A stretch of 64,000 nt of DNA from Zobellia roscoffensis (GTDB lineage: Bacteria > Bacteroidota > Bacteroidia > Flavobacteriales > Flavobacteriaceae): positions 1,812,663 to 1,876,662 of the forward strand of contig NZ_JADDXT010000002.1 in NCBI RefSeq assembly GCF_015330165.1, read 5' to 3'. Position numbers and translations under genes: made by a program. Within the stretch, counting starts at the first letter, position 1, and every line of letters starts with the position of its first letter. Below the pieces are notes generated by a model, which worked only from the letters and a program-made list of their open reading frames with translations, searched no databases and was not told where the DNA came from. Below, piece by piece: positions 59,649 through 64,000 of the stretch.

Positions 59649-61298
59649 ATGCTCTCAATAGTTTCATTTGTAGGTTTTACGCTCTTAGTTGCGCTAATTG
59701 CGTGGTACGCTACACGAAGTACCAATGAAAAGTCTGCTGATGGCTATTTTTTAGCAGGTAGGAGTTTAGGAGCAATCACTATAGCGGGTTCATTACTCTT
59801 AACTAACCTTTCAGCTGAACAGATTGTCGGCCTTAACGGGCAGGCGTTTACGGAAGGTGTACTGGTAATGGCTTGGGAGACATTGGCGGCTATTGCTATG
59901 ATTATTACCGCTGTATTTCTGCTTCCAAGGTATATGAGAGGCGGTATAACAACTATTCCGCAATTTGTGGCAGATAGGTTTGATCATGGAACAAAAGCTA
60001 TTCTAACGGCGCTGTTTTTATCTGGTTATGTTATTGTGGTAATTCCATCCGTACTGTATTCAGGTTCATTGGCATTCAGTACCATGTTTGATTTACCTAG
60101 CCTTCTTGGACTTTCAGATACAGCCACTCTATGGATTTGCGTTTGGAGTATTGGTATCATTGGAATTATATATGCAATTTTTGGAGGATTAAAAGCAGTT
60201 GCGGTCTCTGACCTTATCAATTCTATAGGACTTTTAATTGGTGGACTTCTTATTCCGGTTTTTGGACTGTTGGCTATTGGAGATGGAAGTATTTCTGATG
60301 GGGTGAGTATACTTTGGGAGAGTCATCCAGAGAAATTCAACGTTAAAGGAGATGTAGATGCTTCTATTCCCTTTGGAACGATTTTTACAGGAATGATGTT
60401 GGTGCAGATGTTCTATTGGGGAACGAACCAAGTTATTTTGCAACGTGTTTTTGGAGCTAAGAATCTAAAGGAAGGTCAAAAAGGGGTGATTCTTGCCGCT
60501 TTAGTGAAGTTTTTAATACCCATAATAGTAGTGTTACCAGGTATTATTGCATGGCATATTTTTGAAGGTAACCTTGATAATCCAGATCAAGCCTATCCTA
60601 AATTAGTAGCAACGGTACTTCCTGCGGCATTTACAGGTCTTTTTGCGGCTGTACTTTTTGGTGCTATTCTTAGCTCTTTTAATAGTTTATTGAATAGTAG
60701 CGCCACTTTATTTGGTTTTGACCTTTATCGTCAATATTTCAAAAAGAATGCCACAGAGCTTGAAACCGTAAAAGCGGGTAAGATGTTTGGTCTTGTTCTG
60801 GGTATCCTAGGTATGTGTGTGGCTCCTTTAATAGCGAATGCTCCCCAAGGTTTGTTTGCGTGGTTGCAGGAGGCCAATGGTTGTTATAGTATTCCTATTT
60901 TAACGGTAATTGTTATTGGTTTCTTTACCAAGCGTGTGCCGGCCATAGCGGCGAAAATTGGTGTGATTTCAGGTGTTGTGCTGTATTCTATTAGTCAGTT
61001 TATCATTAAGCCTTATTTTGTAGATAATGCACTTACCGAGGCTGCACAAAATGGAATAACAGATGCCAAGGCTTTAAGTGTGATTCAGGCCGAGGCTTAT
61101 CCTCACTTTTTACACGTAATGGCTATTTTATTCGCCTTGAATATTATTATCATGTTGGTTATAGGTAAACTTCACCCAAGAGAAACAGATTACCAACCTA
61201 TGACAACAGATGCTGTAAGTGTGGAGCCATGGAAATATGCTTTTATAGCAGGAGCAGCTATTACAGCTTTAGTTTTAAGTACGTATTTGATATTCTAA
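59649..61298 (+). CDS. Sodium:solute symporter (SSS family, SGLT-like sugar transporter).
   Basis: About 14 TM helices. GYFLAGRSLG N-terminal motif and SSS signature regions. Confidence 0.88.
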   Translation: MLSIVSFVGFTLLVALIAWYATRSTNEKSADGYFLAGRSLGAITIAGSLLLTNLSAEQIVGLNGQAFTEGVLVMAWETLAAIAMIITAVFLLPRYMRGGITTIPQFVADRFDHGTKAILTALFLSGYVIVVIPSVLYSGSLAFSTMFDLPSLLGLSDTATLWICVWSIGIIGIIYAIFGGLKAVAVSDLINSIGLLIGGLLIPVFGLLAIGDGSISDGVSILWESHPEKFNVKGDVDASIPFGTIFTGMMLVQMFYWGTNQVILQRVFGAKNLKEGQKGVILAALVKFLIPIIVVLPGIIAWHIFEGNLDNPDQAYPKLVATVLPAAFTGLFAAVLFGAILSSFNSLLNSSATLFGFDLYRQYFKKNATELETVKAGKMFGLVLGILGMCVAPLIANAPQGLFAWLQEANGCYSIPILTVIVIGFFTKRVPAIAAKIGVISGVVLYSISQFIIKPYFVDNALTEAAQNGITDAKALSVIQAEAYPHFLHVMAILFALNIIIMLVIGKLHPRETDYQPMTTDAVSVEPWKYAFIAGAAITALVLSTYLIF

Positions 61299-61309
61299 AA
61301 GAAATACCT

Positions 61310-62143
61310 TTAAAATTGTAGAACAACGCCTAAAGTACCAGGCCCAAAGTTGAGGTTCCAACTCATCTTCTTGGCTTGGTCGTTGTATTTTTCATCGTAT
61401 TTTTTGTCTAAATAACGGTCAATAGACTCTACTGTTGCTATACTAATCGCAACTGCGAATACAAAATCGCTCAAATAGTGCTGACCATCCCAAATACGGG
61501 AAATACCAGGTATAGCACCTAGGGTATAAACACCTGCTTTTATCCACGGACTTTTAAATTGCTTACCAATAGCATAGGCATTGGTAAATGCCAATAATGC
61601 GTGCCCAGATGGAAAAGAATGATAATTTCGGTTGGAATTGAAAGGGTCAAACGTATCTTTTCCTTTTTCTGCAACAGGTCTTGCCCTACCTACAGCAGAT
61701 TTTAAAACTTGTTGTAAAAAGCCTGAAGAAGTTGCAGATGCGATCAATAAAACTCCTGTGCGGCGAAGTTTCTCGTTTTTTGTAATAAGTCCCGCCAAAT
61801 ACACACCTGAAGTTGCTAAGTAATTATTTTCCGGACTCCCGTAAAGTTCACCATACTCACGAATAACATGTGGTACACTTTCTTTTTGTCTTTGTATAAA
61901 CTCAGAGGTTTGCTCATCAAAAAGATAAACAGCCCCGGTGCCAGCCACAACACCACCTAGTTGAGCCCATTGTTGTCCTTTCCAGTGAAACGGTCTGGCG
62001 TAGGAATATCCTACACCCTTAAACATATTCACAAAATCATATTTAAACATGTCCCATCTTTTTTCGGTAGGTGCTACAAGAGAGTCTTGTGCGTACGTGC
62101 CAATTGTAAAGCAAACAAAGAGTAGGGCTATGGTCTTTTTCAT
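61310..62143 (-). CDS. Secreted PAP2-family phosphatase.
   Basis: ORF 61310..62353. The start is trimmed to the ATG at 62143 (MKKTIALLFVCFTIGTYAQ signal peptide) to remove the overlap with the upstream HDAC gene. Motifs [15 protein letters not shown] and SRIWDGQHYLSD. Confidence 0.75.
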   Translation of the reverse strand: MKKTIALLFVCFTIGTYAQDSLVAPTEKRWDMFKYDFVNMFKGVGYSYARPFHWKGQQWAQLGGVVAGTGAVYLFDEQTSEFIQRQKESVPHVIREYGELYGSPENNYLATSGVYLAGLITKNEKLRRTGVLLIASATSSGFLQQVLKSAVGRARPVAEKGKDTFDPFNSNRNYHSFPSGHALLAFTNAYAIGKQFKSPWIKAGVYTLGAIPGISRIWDGQHYLSDFVFAVAISIATVESIDRYLDKKYDEKYNDQAKKMSWNLNFGPGTLGVVLQF

Positions 62144-62306
62144 AATAAGTGCAAAACTAGATTTATTCTGTAAAGCTTCAAGGTTTAAAGACAAAAAAAT
62201 AGAATTTGTTGGTTGTTCTAGTGAATAGGGGGTTGTTCCTGTTAATTTACGAAATAAATGAATAGAGTTGTAGATAACAGGATTAATGAAAAAGGAGAAC
62301 TCTGTT

Positions 62307-63209
62307 TTAGAAATAAATTTCTTGTGCCAGTCTATATGTGTTGGCATGAGCATCTACAATAGTTCTAATTCCTGGGGAGTAACCACCGCCCATACTGCAT
62401 TGAACAGGTATTTGAAGTTGATAACAAGTTTCCAGAACAAAAGCATCTCTTTTTTTGCACCCTTTGATGCTTAGTGCTAATGTGCCTAGTTTATCGGAAG
62501 AAATTACGTCAACTCCGCTTAAATAGAATATGAAATCGGGTTTTTCTTGTTGTATTAGTGTGGGGAGTATTTCCTTTAATCGAAATAAATATTCATCATC
62601 CTTAGTGTCTTTAGGAAGGGAGATGTCTAAATCTGATTGTTCTTTTTTAAACGGATAATTACTTTCTCCATGCATAGAAAACGTATAAACGGAAGCATCG
62701 TTTTGAAAAATTTCAGCTGTGCCGTTTCCTTGATGTACATCTAAGTCTACGATGAGTATTTTTTGCGCTAACTTTTTTGCTTGTAAATAACGTGCACCAA
62801 TTGCCTGGTCGTTCAGCATACAAAAAGCTTCGCCTCGATCTGAGTAGGCATGGTGAGTTCCCCCGGCTATGTTCATAGAGATACCATAATCGAGTGCATA
62901 ATGACAGCATTTCATTGTGCCGTCGGCAATGATGCGTTCCCTTTCTACTAAATCTTCTGTAAGTGGGAAGCCTATTTTTCTAGCTTCACGAGGTGGAATT
63001 TTAATGTTCAATAAATCATAGAAATACTCTGGGTCGTGAACAGCAACAATATATTTGTCATTGGGTATTTCTGGTTCAAAGAAATTTTCAGGAATACAAG
63101 TGCCTTCGTGTAAAAGTTGTTGGGATAACAGCTCATACTTTATCATAGGAAACCGATGGCCTTCAGGTAGTGGGTGATTATAAATTGGGTGATAGGCTAT
63201 TTTGAGCAT
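62307..63209 (-). CDS. Histone-deacetylase-superfamily (arginase/deacetylase fold) amidohydrolase.
   Basis: Zn-binding D..H..D constellation (IVDLDVHQGNG, GGGY) and the HHA motif (GGTHHAYSDRGEAFC). 300 aa. Confidence 0.85.
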   Translation of the reverse strand: MLKIAYHPIYNHPLPEGHRFPMIKYELLSQQLLHEGTCIPENFFEPEIPNDKYIVAVHDPEYFYDLLNIKIPPREARKIGFPLTEDLVERERIIADGTMKCCHYALDYGISMNIAGGTHHAYSDRGEAFCMLNDQAIGARYLQAKKLAQKILIVDLDVHQGNGTAEIFQNDASVYTFSMHGESNYPFKKEQSDLDISLPKDTKDDEYLFRLKEILPTLIQQEKPDFIFYLSGVDVISSDKLGTLALSIKGCKKRDAFVLETCYQLQIPVQCSMGGGYSPGIRTIVDAHANTYRLAQEIYF

Positions 63210-63276
63210 GCTACAAATATAGCTTTCTATTCTTGTTCAAATGAGATGTGGGAGGAAGGTAGGCAAGCAAAAAGTA

Positions 63277-63471
63277 CTATGCTACTTTTTTCAATAAGTC
63301 AAAACAAGGGCATTTACCACACCTTTTATTTTCGCTTTTCTCGTATTTTTTACAACACTTACCTTTTAATTTGGCATTAGCGGCAAGGGCTTTCTCTACC
63401 TTATGCTTTAGAAGCTCGGTATTGACTTTTTTTTTGTCCTTCTTTTTAGACGATTTCTTTTTCTTCGACAC
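63277..63471 (-). CDS. Small lysine-rich protein with a C-terminal Cys cluster. Hypothetical.
   Basis: 64 aa, more than 20 Lys. CC-x9-C-x2-C-x-C cluster (CCKKYEKSENKRCGKCPC). Lies 68 nt upstream of the HDAC-family gene on the same strand. Confidence 0.4.
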   Translation of the reverse strand: MSKKKKSSKKKDKKKVNTELLKHKVEKALAANAKLKGKCCKKYEKSENKRCGKCPCFDLLKKVA

Positions 63472-63736
63472 TGGCCTGAATTCTAAATAGATGACAAATG
63501 TAATTATTTTAAGTAAATCTAAATAAGGTTTAAAAGTTAAAATTTAGGTTTGCAGTCTAATTATTTAAATTTTTAACCATTTGATAGTAAGTGTTTTGTT
63601 GGTTTTAGCTAGTAATTCCTAGTTGTATGATAGGAATAGTAGGGATTAATTTTTTGGAATCACAAGAGTTCTTATATCTTTGCGGATTCTTTGCGGAATC
63701 GAAAGGTAAATTGAATTGTAAAAAGAAGCATTTGCA

Positions 63737-64000
63737 ATGAAAACAGGAAGCAAACTAAGTAAAAAAATTAACCGTAAAGCCCGTATTTCTAGGTACGTCA
63801 TTTACAAAGAGACTTTAGTGGATTTTAAAGAGCAATTTTGGTCTTTTTTAGGAGCCTTTATTGGAATTGGGTTAATTGCGCTATTACAATCGTACTATCT
63901 TCCGAAAATGGAAAATGCCCTTTTAATAGGGTCGTTTGGGGCTTCTAGTGTATTAATTTATGGTGCTATTGAAAGTCCGTTGGCGCAACCTCGTAATTTC
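63737..64000 (+). CDS. HPP-family integral membrane protein, N-terminal part. The gene continues past the window end.
   Basis: IGSFGASSVLIYGAIESPLAQPRN matches the HPP-family signature (GSFGASAVLxFGxP). The open frame reaches the window end. Confidence 0.7.
   Translation, partial: MKTGSKLSKKINRKARISRYVIYKETLVDFKEQFWSFLGAFIGIGLIALLQSYYLPKMENALLIGSFGASSVLIYGAIESPLAQPRNF

Noticed and set aside
62143-62353. 210 nt 5' extension of the PAP2 ORF overlapping the HDAC-family gene.
   Set aside because: The extension (MLMPTHIDWHKKF...) precedes an obvious signal peptide (MKKTIALLFVCF...) that begins at the ATG at 62143. The long form is an ORF-caller artefact.

Overview
This 64 kb window reads as a chromosomal segment of a low-GC Bacteroidota genome, most likely a gliding marine-type Flavobacteriia member. 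The evidence is the gldE-gldD pair, SusC/SusD, split atpD-atpC, the absence of Shine-Dalgarno sequences and AT-rich intergenic regions. Coding density is high and most genes are housekeeping. The window runs from a partial TonB-dependent receptor through xth, an aldo-keto reductase, radA, panD-panC, glmS, a second TonB-dependent receptor, atpD-atpC, a mosaic biotin cluster (bioF-DUF2007-bioD, GT83, bioA-KAS-like-yqiJ/flotillin, bioB-JmjC), recX, RNase G, HU, mutY, ssb and gldE-gldD. It ends in a polysaccharide-utilisation-like locus: a GntR-type regulator, SusC/SusD, two tandem FG-GAP/ASPIC-UnbV lipoproteins, a PAP2/vanadium-haloperoxidase-like lipoprotein, a GH36-like hydrolase, a Maa acetyltransferase and an SSS symporter. 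A divergent PAP2-HDAC-small lysine-rich protein unit follows. I found no rRNA, tRNA, CRISPR array, transposase or integrase. The most interesting material is (i) the SusCD locus, whose substrate is unknown and which has candidate operator repeats; (ii) a KAS I/II-like gene and other non-canonical genes embedded in the biotin cluster; (iii) an uncalled 29-aa ultra-basic bS22-like ORF between HU and RNase G; (iv) an AT-rich XRE/DUF2975-like islet with a perfect palindrome; and (v) a lysine-rich Cys-cluster mini-protein upstream of an HDAC-family enzyme. All calls rest on reading motifs from the translations. No database search was run.
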